The notes beneath the pieces were generated by a model. That model searched no databases. It was not told the origin of the DNA and saw nothing but the letters and a program-made list of their open reading frames with translations. Both the position numbers and the translations under genes were made by a program. Shown here piece after piece: positions 45,966 to 57,727 of a DNA stretch of 60,550 nt (the first letter of the stretch is position 1; each line of letters starts with the position of its first letter). The DNA comes from a virus. Lineage: Duplodnaviria; Heunggongvirae; Uroviricota; Caudoviricetes. The DNA lies in IMG/VR virus record IMGVR_UViG_2844443253_000004; one strand, written 5' to 3'.

Positions 45966-48900
45966 TTTGGGGATTGATGCGGCAGAGTTTAAAAATGAAA
46001 TTCCCCGTATCAAAAACCTTCTGAATGGTGCAGCCAGCGATGCAGAACGGTCTTCTGCCCGTATGCAGCGTTTTATGGAGCGTCAGACTCAGGCGGCCCG
46101 GCAGACAATGCAGGCGGCTTCTTCGGCTGCAACAGCAGCATCAGCCCATGCGCAGACGGTGGAGAAGAATGCACGGGCTCATGAACGCATGGCCCGTGAG
46201 GTGGAACAAACCCGTCTGCGCGTGGATGCCCTGAATCAGAAAATGCGCGAGGAACAGGCGCAGGCCAGGGCACTGGCGGAGGCGCAGGATAAAGCGGCTG
46301 CCGCCTTTTATCGCCAGATTGACAGTGTGAAACAGGCCGGTGCGGGGCTTCAGGAATTACAGCGTATTCAGCAGCAGATCCGACAGGCCAGAAACAGTGG
46401 CGGGGTTGGTCAGCAGGATTATCTGGCGCTGATTTCGGAGATCACGGCGAAAACCCGTGCCCTGACGCAGGCAGAGGAACAGGCCACCCGGCAGAAAGCG
46501 GCGTTTATCCGCCAGCTTAAAGAGCAGGCAACCCGCCAGAATCTGTCGTCTTCTGAGTTGCTTCGCGCCAGGGCGGCTCAGCTGGGGGTAAGCAGTGCTG
46601 CAGAAGTGTATATCCGCAAAATGGAGCGGGCAGGAAAAGCCACACATTCGCTGGGGCTGAAAAGTGCGGCAGCCCGGCGGGAGCTGGGGGTGTTAATCAG
46701 TCAGATGGCGCGAGGCAATTTTGGTGCGCTGAGGGGATCCGGGATAACGCTGGCTAACCGTGCCGGATGGACAGGCGCACTGATGTCGCCGAAAGGCATG
46801 ATGACTGGCGGCGTTATTGGCGGACTTGTCGCGGCGGTCCTGGGTCTGGGTAAAGCCTGGCATGACGGCCGGAAGGAGGGCGAGAAATTTAACCGTCAGC
46901 TGGCGCTGACGGGACATTATGCCGGTGTCACTGTCGGGCAGTTGTGGAAACTCAGCCGGGCCATATCCGGGAATGGTATCACGCAACATGCGGCAGCCGG
47001 TGCGCTGGCACAGGTGGTGGGCAGTGGGGCATTTCATGGAAACGATATTGGTATGGTGGCGAAAGCTGCCGCACAGATGGAGCGATCGGTTGGCCAGTCG
47101 GTCAGCGATACCATAAATCAGTTTAAGCGGCTGAAGGATGATCCTGTAAATGCCGCGAAGGCGCTGGACAATGCGCTGCATTTTTTGAATGCCACTCAGC
47201 TTGAGCAGATACGCGTCCTTGGGGAGCAGGGGCGGTCCAGTGATGCGGCCCGGATCGCCATGTCTGCGCTGGCAGAGGAAACCGGTAAACGCACATCTGA
47301 TATTGATAATAATCTCAATGCGCTGGGTAGTACGCTGCAAACCTTGTCTGACTGGTGGAAGCAGTTCTGGGATGCGGCCATGAATATTGGTCGTGAAGAC
47401 TCGCTGGATGCGCAGATTGATGCGTTACAGGAAAAAATTCAGCGCGCGAAAAAATATCCGTGGACAAACGCCTCCACACAGGTGGAGTACGATCAGCAGC
47501 GTCTTAACGATCTTCAGGAGAAAAAACGCCGGAAGGATTTGCAGGATGCAAAAGCGCAGGCAGAACGGAATTACCAGGAGCAACAGAAACGCCGGAATGC
47601 TGAAAATGCCGCGCTGAACCGGATGAATGAAACGGAAGCTGCACGACATCAGCGGGAAATTGCGCGTATTAATGCCATGCAGTACGCCGACCAGGCTGTC
47701 AGGGATGCGGCGATACAGCGTGAAAATGAACGTTACGAAAAAGCCATTAAGAAAAATACACGGGCAACCCGTAATGATGAGGCCACCCGGTTATTGCTGC
47801 AGTACAGTCAGCAGCAGGCACAGGTGGAAGGGCAGATTGCTGCTGCCAGACAGTCAGCAGGCATTGCCACTGAAAGGATGACTGAAGCGCATAAACAGCT
47901 TCTGGCCCTGCAGCAGCGCATCAGCGACCTGGACGGGAAAAAGCTGACGGCAGATGAAAAGAGTGTGCTGGCCCGTAAGAATGAGCTGATTCAGGCGCTG
48001 ACGCTGCTGGATGTGAAACAGCAGGAGCTGCAGAAACAGACAGCGCTTAACGACCTGAGAAAAAAAACGGTTCAGCTGACCAGCCAGCTGGCAGACAAAG
48101 AACGTGCACTGCGTGAGCAGCACAATCTGGATATTGCCACTGCAGGTATGGGGGATAAGCAGCGGCAGCGCTACCAGGCACAGTTGCGCATCCGGCAGGA
48201 ATACCGGCAACAGTTGCAACAGCTTGAGAATGACAGTCGCCAGAAAGGCACTTACGGGACGGAGGACTACCGGAGGGCTGAGGAGGTGCTGAAGGGGAGC
48301 CTGAAGCGACAACTGAATGAAAACAAACGCTACTGGCAGGAACTGGAAGTGGCGCAGGGCGACTGGAAAAACGGTGCCATGCGGGCGTTTCAGAATTTTA
48401 CGGCGGATGCGGATAATGCGGCGGGAACGGCAGAACAGATGTTTACAGTGGCATTCAGCAGTGCCGGTAATGCACTGGCGACATTCTGTACCACCGGTAA
48501 GCTGAATTTTAAATCCTTCACCTCTTCCCTGTTGTCAGATATGGCCAGAATTATGGCACAGATGGCCATGATGCAGGCGGTAAAGGGCGTCGGTTCTTTA
48601 TTCGGCTTCACGACTAATGCTGATGGCGGTGTTTACCAGTCTGCTGATTTGAGTCGCTACAGTGGCACGGTGGTTAACCGTCCGACGTTTTTTGCTTTTG
48701 CAAAAGGCGCGGGTGTGATGGGGGAAGCGGGACCTGAAGCCATTCTGCCACTGCGTCGCGGTGCTGATGGTAAGCTGGGGGTTGTGGCGGATACTGGTGG
48801 TTCAGGCATGGTGATGTTTGCCCCGCAGTACAACATTGAGATCAATAACGACGGCACGAACGGGCAGATAGGTCCGGCTGCCCTGAAGGTGGTTTATGAC

Positions 48901-48978
48901 CTCGGGAAAAAAGCGGCCGCGGACTTTATGCAACAGCAGGCCCGTGATGGTGGCCGGTTAAGTGGAGCATACCGGTAA
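45937..48978 (+). CDS. H: tail tape measure protein gpH
   Basis: about 1013 aa, coiled-coil rich; C-terminal ...NNDGTNGQIGPAALK... as in lambda H. Confidence 0.88.
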   Translation: MDQIANLVIDLGIDAAEFKNEIPRIKNLLNGAASDAERSSARMQRFMERQTQAARQTMQAASSAATAASAHAQTVEKNARAHERMAREVEQTRLRVDALNQKMREEQAQARALAEAQDKAAAAFYRQIDSVKQAGAGLQELQRIQQQIRQARNSGGVGQQDYLALISEITAKTRALTQAEEQATRQKAAFIRQLKEQATRQNLSSSELLRARAAQLGVSSAAEVYIRKMERAGKATHSLGLKSAAARRELGVLISQMARGNFGALRGSGITLANRAGWTGALMSPKGMMTGGVIGGLVAAVLGLGKAWHDGRKEGEKFNRQLALTGHYAGVTVGQLWKLSRAISGNGITQHAAAGALAQVVGSGAFHGNDIGMVAKAAAQMERSVGQSVSDTINQFKRLKDDPVNAAKALDNALHFLNATQLEQIRVLGEQGRSSDAARIAMSALAEETGKRTSDIDNNLNALGSTLQTLSDWWKQFWDAAMNIGREDSLDAQIDALQEKIQRAKKYPWTNASTQVEYDQQRLNDLQEKKRRKDLQDAKAQAERNYQEQQKRRNAENAALNRMNETEAARHQREIARINAMQYADQAVRDAAIQRENERYEKAIKKNTRATRNDEATRLLLQYSQQQAQVEGQIAAARQSAGIATERMTEAHKQLLALQQRISDLDGKKLTADEKSVLARKNELIQALTLLDVKQQELQKQTALNDLRKKTVQLTSQLADKERALREQHNLDIATAGMGDKQRQRYQAQLRIRQEYRQQLQQLENDSRQKGTYGTEDYRRAEEVLKGSLKRQLNENKRYWQELEVAQGDWKNGAMRAFQNFTADADNAAGTAEQMFTVAFSSAGNALATFCTTGKLNFKSFTSSLLSDMARIMAQMAMMQAVKGVGSLFGFTTNADGGVYQSADLSRYSGTVVNRPTFFAFAKGAGVMGEAGPEAILPLRRGADGKLGVVADTGGSGMVMFAPQYNIEINNDGTNGQIGPAALKVVYDLGKKAAADFMQQQARDGGRLSGAYR

Positions 48979-49307
48979 TGGAGACGTTTCACTGGAAAGT
49001 GCGCCCGGATATGAATGTGGTATCAGAGCCGAAAGTGGTGACAGTGAAGCTGGGCGATGGTTATGAACAGCGTCGTGCGGCGGGACTGAATAACCAGTTG
49101 TCGACTTACAGCGTGACGATACGTGTTCGTAAAGGTGAACACCCATCTTTAAAAGCCTTTCTGGAACGGCACGGTGGCGTCCGCGCATTTCAGTGGACGC
49201 CACCTTATGACTGGAAACTGATCAGGGTGGTTTGTCGTAAATGGTCGGCAAGCGTGGGGGCGTTATGGGTGACTGTAACGGCCGATTTTGAACAGGTGGT
49301 GAACTGA
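48978..49307 (+). CDS. M: minor tail protein gpM
   Basis: 109 aa. Confidence 0.85.
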   Translation: METFHWKVRPDMNVVSEPKVVTVKLGDGYEQRRAAGLNNQLSTYSVTIRVRKGEHPSLKAFLERHGGVRAFQWTPPYDWKLIRVVCRKWSASVGALWVTVTADFEQVVN

Positions 49308-50005
49308 TGCAGGATATCCGGCAGGAAACACTGAATGAATGCACCCGTGCGGAGCAGTCAGCCCGGGTGGAGCTCTGGGAAATCGATCTGACAGAGGTCG
49401 GTGGTGAGCGTTATTTTTTCTGTAATGAGCAGAACGAAAAAGGTGAGCCGGTCACCTGGCAGGGGCGGCAGTATCAGGCATACCCCATTCAGGGGTCGGG
49501 GTTTGAACTGAACGGCAGGGGCTGTGCTGCCCGTCCGACACTGACGGTCTCTAACCTGCACGGCATGGTCACCGGGATGGCGGAAGATCTGCAGAGTCTG
49601 GTCGGCGGAACGGTGGTCCGGCGTAAGGTTTACGCCCGTTTTCTGGATGCGGTGAACTTCGTCAACGGAAACAGCGACGCCGATCCGGAACAGGAGGTGA
49701 TCAGCCGCTGGCGCATCGAGCAGTGCAGCGAACTGAGCGCGGTCAGTGCCTCTTTTGTGCTGGCCACACCAACGGAGACGGATGGCGCGGTTTTCCCGGG
49801 GCGTATCATGCTGGCGAATACCTGTATGTGGACTTACCGTTCTGATGAGTGTGGTTACACGGGCAGGGCAGTGGCTGACGAGTTCGACAAACCAACAACG
49901 GATATCCGGAAGGACAAATGCAGCAAGTGTATGCGCGGGTGTGAGTTGCGCAACAATACCGGTAATTTCGGCGGTTTCCTTTCCATCAATAAACTTTCTC
50001 AGTAA
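49307..50005 (+). CDS. L: minor tail protein gpL
   Basis: 232 aa. Confidence 0.85.
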   Translation: MQDIRQETLNECTRAEQSARVELWEIDLTEVGGERYFFCNEQNEKGEPVTWQGRQYQAYPIQGSGFELNGRGCAARPTLTVSNLHGMVTGMAEDLQSLVGGTVVRRKVYARFLDAVNFVNGNSDADPEQEVISRWRIEQCSELSAVSASFVLATPTETDGAVFPGRIMLANTCMWTYRSDECGYTGRAVADEFDKPTTDIRKDKCSKCMRGCELRNNTGNFGGFLSINKLSQ

Positions 50006-50009
50006 ATCC

Positions 50010-50753
50010 ATGACACAGACAGAATCAGCGATTCTGGCGCACGCCCGGCGATGTGCGCCAGCGGAGTCGTGTGGCTTCGTGGTGAGAACGCCGGAGGGAG
50101 ACAGGTATCTTCCCAGCGAGAATATCTCCGGTGAGCCGGAGGAACGGTTCCGGATGGCTCCGGAGGACTGGCTGCGGGCACAAATGCAGGGTGAGATTGT
50201 GGCACTGGTCCACAGTCATCCCGGTGGTCTGCCCTGGCTGAGTGAGGCTGACCGGCGGCTGCAGGTGCAGAGTGATTTGCCGTGGTGGCTGGTCTGCCGG
50301 GGGACGATTCACAAGTTCCGCTGTGTGCCGCATCTCACCGGGCGGCGCTTTGAGCACGGGGTGACGGACTGTTACACGCTGTTCCGGGATGCTTATCATC
50401 TGGCGGGGATTGAGATGCCGGATTTTCATCGCGGGGATGACTGGTGGCGTCACGGTCAGAATCTCTATCTGGATAATCTGGAGGCCACAGGGCTGTATCA
50501 GGTGCCGTTGTCATCAGCACAACCGGGCGATGTGCTGCTGTGCTGTTTTGGTTCATCGGTGCCGAATCATGCCGCCATTTACTGCGGCGATGGTGAGCTG
50601 CTGCACCATATTCCTGAACAACTGAGTAAACGAGAGAGGTATACCGACAAATGGCAGCGACGCACACACTCCCTCTGGCGTCACCGGGAATGGCACGCAT
50701 CTGCCTTTACGGGGATTTGCAACGATTTGGCCGCCGCATCGACCTTCGTGTGA
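50010..50753 (+). CDS. K: tail assembly protein gpK (JAB/MPN + NlpC/P60)
   Basis: MTQTESAILAHARRC...VALVHSHPGG... Confidence 0.85.
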   Translation: MTQTESAILAHARRCAPAESCGFVVRTPEGDRYLPSENISGEPEERFRMAPEDWLRAQMQGEIVALVHSHPGGLPWLSEADRRLQVQSDLPWWLVCRGTIHKFRCVPHLTGRRFEHGVTDCYTLFRDAYHLAGIEMPDFHRGDDWWRHGQNLYLDNLEATGLYQVPLSSAQPGDVLLCCFGSSVPNHAAIYCGDGELLHHIPEQLSKRERYTDKWQRRTHSLWRHREWHASAFTGICNDLAAASTFV

Positions 50754-51292
50754 AAACGGGGGCTGAAGCCATCCGCGCACTGGCCACACAGCTCCCGGCG
50801 TTTCGTCAGAAACTGAGTGACGGCTGGTATCAGGTGCGCATTGCCGGGCGTGATGCAGGTGAAACCGAATTGTCTGCCCGTCTTAATGAGCCGCTGGCAA
50901 ATGGTGCAGTGATCCACATAGTACCGCGTCTGGTGGGAGCTAAAAGTGGCGGTGTGTTTCAGGCGGTGCTGGGGGCAGCTGTTATGGCGGTTGCTATATG
51001 GATGCCGGGGGTAGGAATTATGGCGAGTAATCTGCTGTTTTCTCTCGGTGCCAGTATGACGCTTGGCGGTGTTGCACAGATGCTGGCACCGAAAGCCAGA
51101 ACTCCCCGTACACAGACAACGGATAACGGCAAACAGAACACCTGTTTCTCCTCACTGGATAACATGGTTGCCCAGGGCAATGTTCTGCCTGTTCTGTACG
51201 GTGAAATGCGCGTGGGGTCGCGGGTGGTATCTCAGGAGATCAGCACGGCAGACGAAGGGGATGGTGGTCAGGTTGTGGTGATTGGTCGCTGA
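50651..51292 (+). CDS. I: tail assembly protein gpI
   Basis: MAATHTLPLASPGMARICLYGDLQRFG... matches lambda gpI as recalled. Confidence 0.88.
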   Translation: MAATHTLPLASPGMARICLYGDLQRFGRRIDLRVKTGAEAIRALATQLPAFRQKLSDGWYQVRIAGRDAGETELSARLNEPLANGAVIHIVPRLVGAKSGGVFQAVLGAAVMAVAIWMPGVGIMASNLLFSLGASMTLGGVAQMLAPKARTPRTQTTDNGKQNTCFSSLDNMVAQGNVLPVLYGEMRVGSRVVSQEISTADEGDGGQVVVIGR

Positions 51293-51352
51293 TGCAAAAT
51301 GTTTCATGTGAAACCGCCTGCGGGCGGTTTTGTCGTTTATGGAGCGTGAGGA

Positions 51353-54300
51353 ATGGGTAAAGGCAGCAGTAAGGGGCATACCCCGCGCGAAGCGAAGGAC
51401 AACCTGAAATCCACGCAGTTGCTGAGTGTGATTGATGCCATCAGCGAAGGGCCGGTTGACGGTCCGGTGGATGGATTAAAAAGCGTGCTGCTGAACGGTA
51501 CGCCGGTCCTGGATAGCGAGGGGAAGACAAACTTTTCCGGTGTTACGGTGGTGTTCCGCGCCGGCGAGCAGGAGCAGACACCGCCGGAGGGGTTTGAATC
51601 TTCCGGCTCAGAGACTGTGCTGGGTACGGAAGTGAAATACGACACGCCGATCACCCGGACCATCACGTCGGCAAACATTGATCGTCTGCGCCTGACCTTC
51701 GGTGTGCAGGCACTGGTGGAAACCACCTCAAAGGGGGACCGGAATCCGTCGGAAGTCCGCCTGCTGGTTCAGATACAGCGTAACGGTGGCTGGGTGACGG
51801 AAAAAGACATCACCATTAAGGGCAAAACCACTTCGCAGTATCTGGCCTCGGTGGTGGTGGGTAACCTGCCGCCGCGCCCGTTTAATATCCGGATGCGCAG
51901 GATGACACCGGACAGCACCACAGACCAGCTGCAGAACAAAACGCTCTGGTCGTCGTACACCGAAATCATCGATGTGAAACAGTGCTACACGAACACGGCG
52001 CTGGTCGGCGTGCAGGTGGATTCAGAGCAGTTCGGTAACCAGCAGGTGAGTCGCAATTATCATCTTCGCGGGCGCATTCTGCAGGTGCCGTCGAACTATA
52101 ACCCGCAGACGCGGCAATACAGCGGTATCTGGGACGGAACGCTTAAGCCAGCATACAGCAACAACATGGCCTGGTGTCTGTGGGACATGCTCACTCATCC
52201 GCGCTACGGCATGGGGAAACGTCTTGGTGCGGCAGATGTGGACAAATGGGCGCTGTATGTCATCGGCCAGTACTGCGACCAGTCAGTGCCGGACGGATTT
52301 GGCGGCACGGAGCCGCGCATCACCTGTAACGCTTACCTGACCACACAGCGTAAGGCGTGGGATGTTCTCAGTGATTTCTGCTCGGCGATGCGCTGTATGC
52401 CGGTATGGAACGGGCAGACGCTGACGTTCGTGCAGGACCGACCGTCGGATAAAGTGTGGACCTATAACCGCAGTAATGTGGTGATGCCGGATGATGGCGC
52501 GCCGTTCCGCTACAGCTTCAGCGCCCTGAAGGACCGCCATAATGTCGTTGAGGTGAACTGGATTGATCCGGACAACGGTCATGAGACGGCGACAGAGCTT
52601 GTGGAGGACACGCAGGCCATTGTCCGTTACGGTCGTAACGTCACGAAGATGGATGCCTTTGGCTGTACCAGCCGGGGACAGGCGCACCGCGCCGGGCTGT
52701 GGCTGATTAAAACGGAACTGCTGGAAACGCAGACCGTGGACTTCAGCGTCGGCGCAGAAGGGCTTCGCCATGTACCGGGTGATGTCATTGAAATCTGCGA
52801 TGATGATTATGCCGGTATCAGCACCGGTGGTCGCGTACTGGCGGTGAACAGCCAGACCCGGACGCTGACGCTCGACCGTGAAATCACGCTGCCGTCCTCC
52901 GGTACCACGCTGATAAGCCTGGTTGACGGAAATGGCAATCCGGTCAGCGTGGAGGTTCAGTCCGTCACCGACGGCGTGAAGGTGAAAGTGAGCCGGGTTC
53001 CTGACGGCGTTGCAGAATACAGCGTGTGGGGGCTGAAGCTGCCGACGCTGCGCCAGCGCCTGTTCCGCTGCGTGAGTATCCGTGAGAACGACGACGGCAC
53101 GTATGCCATCACCGCCGTGCAGCATGTGCCGGAAAAAGAGGCCATCGTGGATAACGGGGCACACTTTGACGGTGACCGGCGCGGCACGGTGAATGGTGTC
53201 ACGCCGCCAGCGGTGCAGCATCTGACCGCCGAAGTCACCGCAGACAGCGGGGAATATCAGGTGCTGGCGCGATGGGACACGCCGAAGGTGGTGAAGGGTG
53301 TGAGCTTCCTGCTTCGCCTGACCGTGGCAGCGGACGACGGCAGTGAGCGGCTGGTCAGCACAGCCAGGACGACGGAAACCACATACCGCTTCAGGCAGCT
53401 GGCGCTGGGGAATTACAGTCTGACAGTCCGGGCGGTAAATGCCCGGGGGCAGCAGGGCGATCCGGCGTCGGTATCGTTCCGGATTGCGGCACCGGCAGCG
53501 CCTGTCACTATTGAACTGATACCGGGGTATTTTCAGATAACGGTGGTCCCGAAACTGGCTGTATATGACCCGACGGTGCAGTTTGAGTTCTGGTTTTCGG
53601 AAAAGCGGATTGCGGATATCAGGCAGGTTGAAACCAGCGCCCGCTATCTTGGCACGGCGCTGTACTGGATAGCCGCCAGTATCAATATCAGGCCGGGCCA
53701 TGATTATTATTTTTACGTTCGCAGTGTGAACACCGTTGGCAAATCGGCATTTGTGGAGGCCGTCGGTCGGGCGAGCGATGATGCGGAAGGTTATCTGAGT
53801 TTTTATAAAGGGTTGATCAATAAAACGCATCTCGGCAAGGAGTTGTGGACGCAGATTGATAACGGTCAGCTTGCGCCGGACCTGACTGAAATCAGGACGT
53901 CCATTACGAATGTCAGCAATGAAATCACGCAAACCGTCAATAAAAAACTGGAAAATCAGAGTGCTGCAATCCAGCAGATACAGAAAGTTCAGGTTGATAC
54001 AAATAATAACCTGAACAGCATGTGGGCTGTGAAGCTGCAACAGATGAAGGACGGACGCCTTTATATTGCGGGTATCGGTGCCGGTATTGAGAATACGCCA
54101 GCAGGAATGCAGAGTCAGGTGCTGCTGGCGGCAGACAGGATTGCGATGATTAATCCTGCGAATGGCAACACAAAGCCGATGTTTGTTGGTCAGGGCGATC
54201 AGATATTCATGAACGACGTGTTCCTGAAACGCCTGACGGCTCCGACCATTACCAGCGGCGGTAATCCTCCGGCATTTTCCCTGACACCTGGCGGACGGCT

Positions 54301-54832
54301 GACGGCGAAAAATGCCGATATCAGCGGTAACGTGAACGCGAACTCCGGGACGCTCAACAACGTCACGATTAATAAGAACTGTCGGGTTCTGGGAAAATTG
54401 TCCGCGAACCAGATTGAAGGCGATCTCGTTAAAACAGTGGGCAAACCTTTCCCACGGGACTCCCGGGCACCGGAGAGGTGGCCATCAGGGACCATTACCG
54501 TCAGGGTTTATGACGATCAGCCGTTTGATCGGCAAATTGTTATTCCCGCGGTGGCGTTTCGCGGTGCTAAACATGAGCGGAAGAATAACAATATTTATTC
54601 GTCATGCCGCCTGATAGTGAAGAAAAACGGTGCTGAAATTTATAACCGAACGACCCTGGATAATACGCTGATATATACGGGTGTTATTGATATGCCTGCC
54701 GGTCACGGTCACATGACGCTGGAGTTTTCTGTATCGGCATGGCTGGTAAATGGCTGGTATCCCACAGCAAGTATCAGCGATTTGCTGGTTGTTGTGATGA
54801 AGAAATCCACAGCAGGTATCAGTATCAGCTGA
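51353..54832 (+). CDS. J: tail tip / host specificity protein gpJ
   Basis: 1159 aa collinear with lambda J. Confidence 0.9.
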   Translation: MGKGSSKGHTPREAKDNLKSTQLLSVIDAISEGPVDGPVDGLKSVLLNGTPVLDSEGKTNFSGVTVVFRAGEQEQTPPEGFESSGSETVLGTEVKYDTPITRTITSANIDRLRLTFGVQALVETTSKGDRNPSEVRLLVQIQRNGGWVTEKDITIKGKTTSQYLASVVVGNLPPRPFNIRMRRMTPDSTTDQLQNKTLWSSYTEIIDVKQCYTNTALVGVQVDSEQFGNQQVSRNYHLRGRILQVPSNYNPQTRQYSGIWDGTLKPAYSNNMAWCLWDMLTHPRYGMGKRLGAADVDKWALYVIGQYCDQSVPDGFGGTEPRITCNAYLTTQRKAWDVLSDFCSAMRCMPVWNGQTLTFVQDRPSDKVWTYNRSNVVMPDDGAPFRYSFSALKDRHNVVEVNWIDPDNGHETATELVEDTQAIVRYGRNVTKMDAFGCTSRGQAHRAGLWLIKTELLETQTVDFSVGAEGLRHVPGDVIEICDDDYAGISTGGRVLAVNSQTRTLTLDREITLPSSGTTLISLVDGNGNPVSVEVQSVTDGVKVKVSRVPDGVAEYSVWGLKLPTLRQRLFRCVSIRENDDGTYAITAVQHVPEKEAIVDNGAHFDGDRRGTVNGVTPPAVQHLTAEVTADSGEYQVLARWDTPKVVKGVSFLLRLTVAADDGSERLVSTARTTETTYRFRQLALGNYSLTVRAVNARGQQGDPASVSFRIAAPAAPVTIELIPGYFQITVVPKLAVYDPTVQFEFWFSEKRIADIRQVETSARYLGTALYWIAASINIRPGHDYYFYVRSVNTVGKSAFVEAVGRASDDAEGYLSFYKGLINKTHLGKELWTQIDNGQLAPDLTEIRTSITNVSNEITQTVNKKLENQSAAIQQIQKVQVDTNNNLNSMWAVKLQQMKDGRLYIAGIGAGIENTPAGMQSQVLLAADRIAMINPANGNTKPMFVGQGDQIFMNDVFLKRLTAPTITSGGNPPAFSLTPGGRLTAKNADISGNVNANSGTLNNVTINKNCRVLGKLSANQIEGDLVKTVGKPFPRDSRAPERWPSGTITVRVYDDQPFDRQIVIPAVAFRGAKHERKNNNIYSSCRLIVKKNGAEIYNRTTLDNTLIYTGVIDMPAGHGHMTLEFSVSAWLVNGWYPTASISDLLVVVMKKSTAGISIS

Positions 54833-54899
54833 ATTTTATAACCCAGATACGGGCACCAGAAATGGTGCCTTTTTTATTGCAGAAAAGCGAGAGGTAATT

Positions 54900-55499
54900 A
54901 TGCGTAAACTTTATGCTGCCATTTTGTCCGCAGCCATCTGTCTGGCTGTATCCGGTGCGCCTGCATGGGCGTCTGAACATCAGTCCACGCTGAGCGCGGG
55001 GTATCTTCATGCCTCGACGAACGCTCCCGGCAGTGATGATCTGAACGGGATTAACGTGAAATACCGTTATGAGTTTACGGACACGCTGGGGCTGGTGACG
55101 TCATTCAGCTATGCCAACGCTGAAGATGAGCAAAAAACGCATTACAGTGATACCCGCTGGCATGAGGATTCCGTGCGTAACCGCTGGTTCAGCGTGATGG
55201 CGGGGCTGTCTGTGCGCGTGAATGAATGGTTCAGCGCGTATGCGATGGCGGGCGTGGCTTACAGCCGTGTGTCGACCTTCTCCGGGGATTATCTCCGCGT
55301 AACTGACAACAAGGGGAAAACGCACGATGTGCTGACCGGGAGTGATGACAACCGCCACAGCAACACGTCTCTGGCGTGGGGGGCTGGCGTGCAGTTTAAC
55401 CCGACCGAATCCGTGGCCATTGACCTTGCTTATGAAGGTTCCGGCAGTGGCGACTGGCGCACTGACGGTTTCATCGTGGGTGTCGGTTATAAGTTCTGA
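54900..55499 (+). CDS. lom: Lom outer membrane protein (Ail/Lom family)
   Basis: signal peptide plus beta-barrel pattern; position after J. Confidence 0.85.
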   Translation: MRKLYAAILSAAICLAVSGAPAWASEHQSTLSAGYLHASTNAPGSDDLNGINVKYRYEFTDTLGLVTSFSYANAEDEQKTHYSDTRWHEDSVRNRWFSVMAGLSVRVNEWFSAYAMAGVAYSRVSTFSGDYLRVTDNKGKTHDVLTGSDDNRHSNTSLAWGAGVQFNPTESVAIDLAYEGSGSGDWRTDGFIVGVGYKF

Positions 55500-55562
55500 T
55501 TAGCCAGGTAACACAGTGTTATGACAGCCCGCTGGTTCAGGCGGGCTTTTTGTGGGGTGAAT

Positions 55563-56624
55563 ATGGCAGTAAAGATTTCAGGTGTACTGAAAGATGGGGC
55601 GGGTAAACCTGTCGTAAATTGTGCGATTGAACTGCGGGCCAGAAGAACCAGTCCGACCGTTGTGGCACACGTTGTTGCCACTTGCGTGACGGACAATAAC
55701 GGTGCTTATGTGATTGAGGCTGAGCCGGGGTATTACGAGGTTGCGCTTCACTGTAACGGCTGGCAGCCAACCCGTGTCGGGGATATTGATGTGGCACCGA
55801 CTGATGCACCGGGGACACTGAACGCGTTTCTGAATGCACCAAAGGATGGTGATTTACGTCCGGAGGTGATGAAGCGCTTTGAGGAAATGGTGGCGCAGGC
55901 GCAGCAGAGTGCCGGGGCTGCAGCCGGAAACGCACAGCAGACGGCGCAGGATGTGGCGGCAGCCGCAACGGCCCGTGATGATGCACAACGTTTTGCGGAG
56001 AAAGCCCGACAGGATGCAACCGTCACAGCTGAGGACAGAAAGGCCACTGCGGAAGATGTGACAAGCACAGGAGCAAATGCAGCCGCAGCCGGACAGAGCG
56101 CACAGGATGCCGCAGGTTATGCCCGCGCAGCAGAACAGGCCAAAAATGACATTGATGCTGCGCTGACCGGCACTCTGAAAATGGCTAACCATCTGTCAGA
56201 AATCGCAGCAGCAGGCGAAAAGGCACAACAGAAGTCCCGGGATAATCTGGGGCTGAAAAGTGCGGCCACGATGGAAGCACAGAGCGACATTTACGACCGG
56301 ACAAAAGGCCGTCTGGCGATACCCGGCGCATTCGGCTTTGGGTGTGCTTTTCTGCCTGAAGATGTTATCCGTTTTGACACTAAGAGTGATTTCCTGGCCT
56401 GGGTAAGGAATGCGCTGCCAGGTGAATATTCCGTTGCTGGCCCCTACGGCATCATCATACCCGACACACGGTTTGAAGGGGTGCTCAGCATCCGGTGGAC
56501 TGATGCACGCCCTGAGACAACAGAACCGCGGTACAGAGCCAAATCCCTTACTTTTTACGGCATTAACGGCCCCATTTATCACACCCGCTACCGCTACTGG
56601 CCCATATCCAGACTGACTGGGTGA
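55563..56624 (+). CDS. side tail fibre-like protein (Stf N-terminal domain, divergent C-terminus)
   Basis: MAVKISGVLKDGAGKPVVNC... equals the lambda Stf N-terminus; C-terminal 110 aa unrelated to lambda Stf as recalled. Confidence 0.65.
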   Translation: MAVKISGVLKDGAGKPVVNCAIELRARRTSPTVVAHVVATCVTDNNGAYVIEAEPGYYEVALHCNGWQPTRVGDIDVAPTDAPGTLNAFLNAPKDGDLRPEVMKRFEEMVAQAQQSAGAAAGNAQQTAQDVAAAATARDDAQRFAEKARQDATVTAEDRKATAEDVTSTGANAAAAGQSAQDAAGYARAAEQAKNDIDAALTGTLKMANHLSEIAAAGEKAQQKSRDNLGLKSAATMEAQSDIYDRTKGRLAIPGAFGFGCAFLPEDVIRFDTKSDFLAWVRNALPGEYSVAGPYGIIIPDTRFEGVLSIRWTDARPETTEPRYRAKSLTFYGINGPIYHTRYRYWPISRLTG

Positions 56625-56974
56625 AAATAAATATAACCACAGAAGATATTATTTACAGAATCGTGGCGAGCTCTGTCCGCAACAGATGGGGAGACCCTGA
56701 CATTGGCGGGCTGATTATTGCTGCGTACCAGGGAGAAGCTGACGGTGATAAAGTCATCAGACTTGTCAGGGGGCAGTCATACAGAGGCTCACGACTGGGA
56801 CCGGTGGGGATTTCAGTGCCCGGTACTCCCACCGGAACGTATATAGCATCCCCACAATTTTTCATTACGGGATGTTCAGAGCATTCATTACCGGGGTCAT
56901 ATTGCGCCCTGTCCGGGGTGCCGGATGCACATGTCTCTGGCGCAATGCCCGGGCTTTTTATTCGCACATCGTGA
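56621..56974 (+). CDS. hypothetical protein (tail-fibre region)
   Basis: 117-aa ORF coupled to the stf-like stop. Confidence 0.35.
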   Translation: MKINITTEDIIYRIVASSVRNRWGDPDIGGLIIAAYQGEADGDKVIRLVRGQSYRGSRLGPVGISVPGTPTGTYIASPQFFITGCSEHSLPGSYCALSGVPDAHVSGAMPGLFIRTS

Positions 56975-56983
56975 GGAATGCAC

Positions 56984-57548
56984 CGTGGAAATTAAAAAAA
57001 TCATTAATCCCCGTTATACCGAAAGTGGCGCAGTAGACTGTGACGTTTTTTTTGACGACAGGGACCAGGCAGTTCCCTACACAGCCACCGCTGATGATGT
57101 TGCACCGACGGGTCAGCAAATCTGGCAGGAACTGCAAAGTGGCAAATGGGGTGAGATAGCCCCATTCACTGTGACACCAGAAATGCTGGAAGCGGCCAGA
57201 GAGGCCAGACGTCAGGAAATTGAAGCATGGCGCACAGAACAGGAGGCGAAGCCGTTCACGTTTGAATGGAACGGCCGCACGTGGAACGCTGACGCCTCGT
57301 CAGTGGCCCGCCTGTCCCCGGTGGTCATGCTGGCAAAATCTGTCGCGGCACAAACACATATGGTGTGGAGTGATGCGGATAATCAGCAGGTGAAACTGTC
57401 GATGCCGGAACTGGAAGAACTGGCGGCAGCAATGGTGCAGGCGCAGGTCGATCGCAACGATGAGATTTATCGCCGTCAGCGTGAAATGAAAGAGGAGCTG
57501 AGCGGTCTGGATGATTTGGCTTCAATTCGGGCGTTTGACGTTGAGTAA
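56984..57548 (+). CDS. hypothetical protein, possibly tail fibre assembly/chaperone-like (GTG start)
   Basis: 188 aa; GAGGA RBS 7 nt before GTG; position where tfa usually lies. Confidence 0.35.
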
Positions 57549-57664
57549 TGAATAAGCCGCAACTGGCGGAATCACAGAAGACCGCTTTGCTTACCGAAGC
57601 GGAGTCTGTCATCCGGCCGCCGGGGCGTGCTGTCAGGCTGAACAGGGAAACGGATGAATCCGGG

Positions 57665-57691
57665 GAGGCCCGGGGGCGGGCCTCTGTTTTT
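57665..57691. terminator. rho-independent terminator between tail-fibre genes and convergent ipaH
   Basis: GAGGCCCG-gggg-CGGGCCTC followed by TGTTTTT. Confidence 0.65.
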
Positions 57692-57727
57692 CCGGAGTCA
57701 GTCCGGTCTGTGGTTTATGCGATGTGA

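Noticed and set aside
52283-54040. 585-aa minus-strand ORF
   Set aside because: Lies entirely antisense within the J gene, which is collinear with lambda J; the antisense frame is Arg/His/Pro-rich with no start context.
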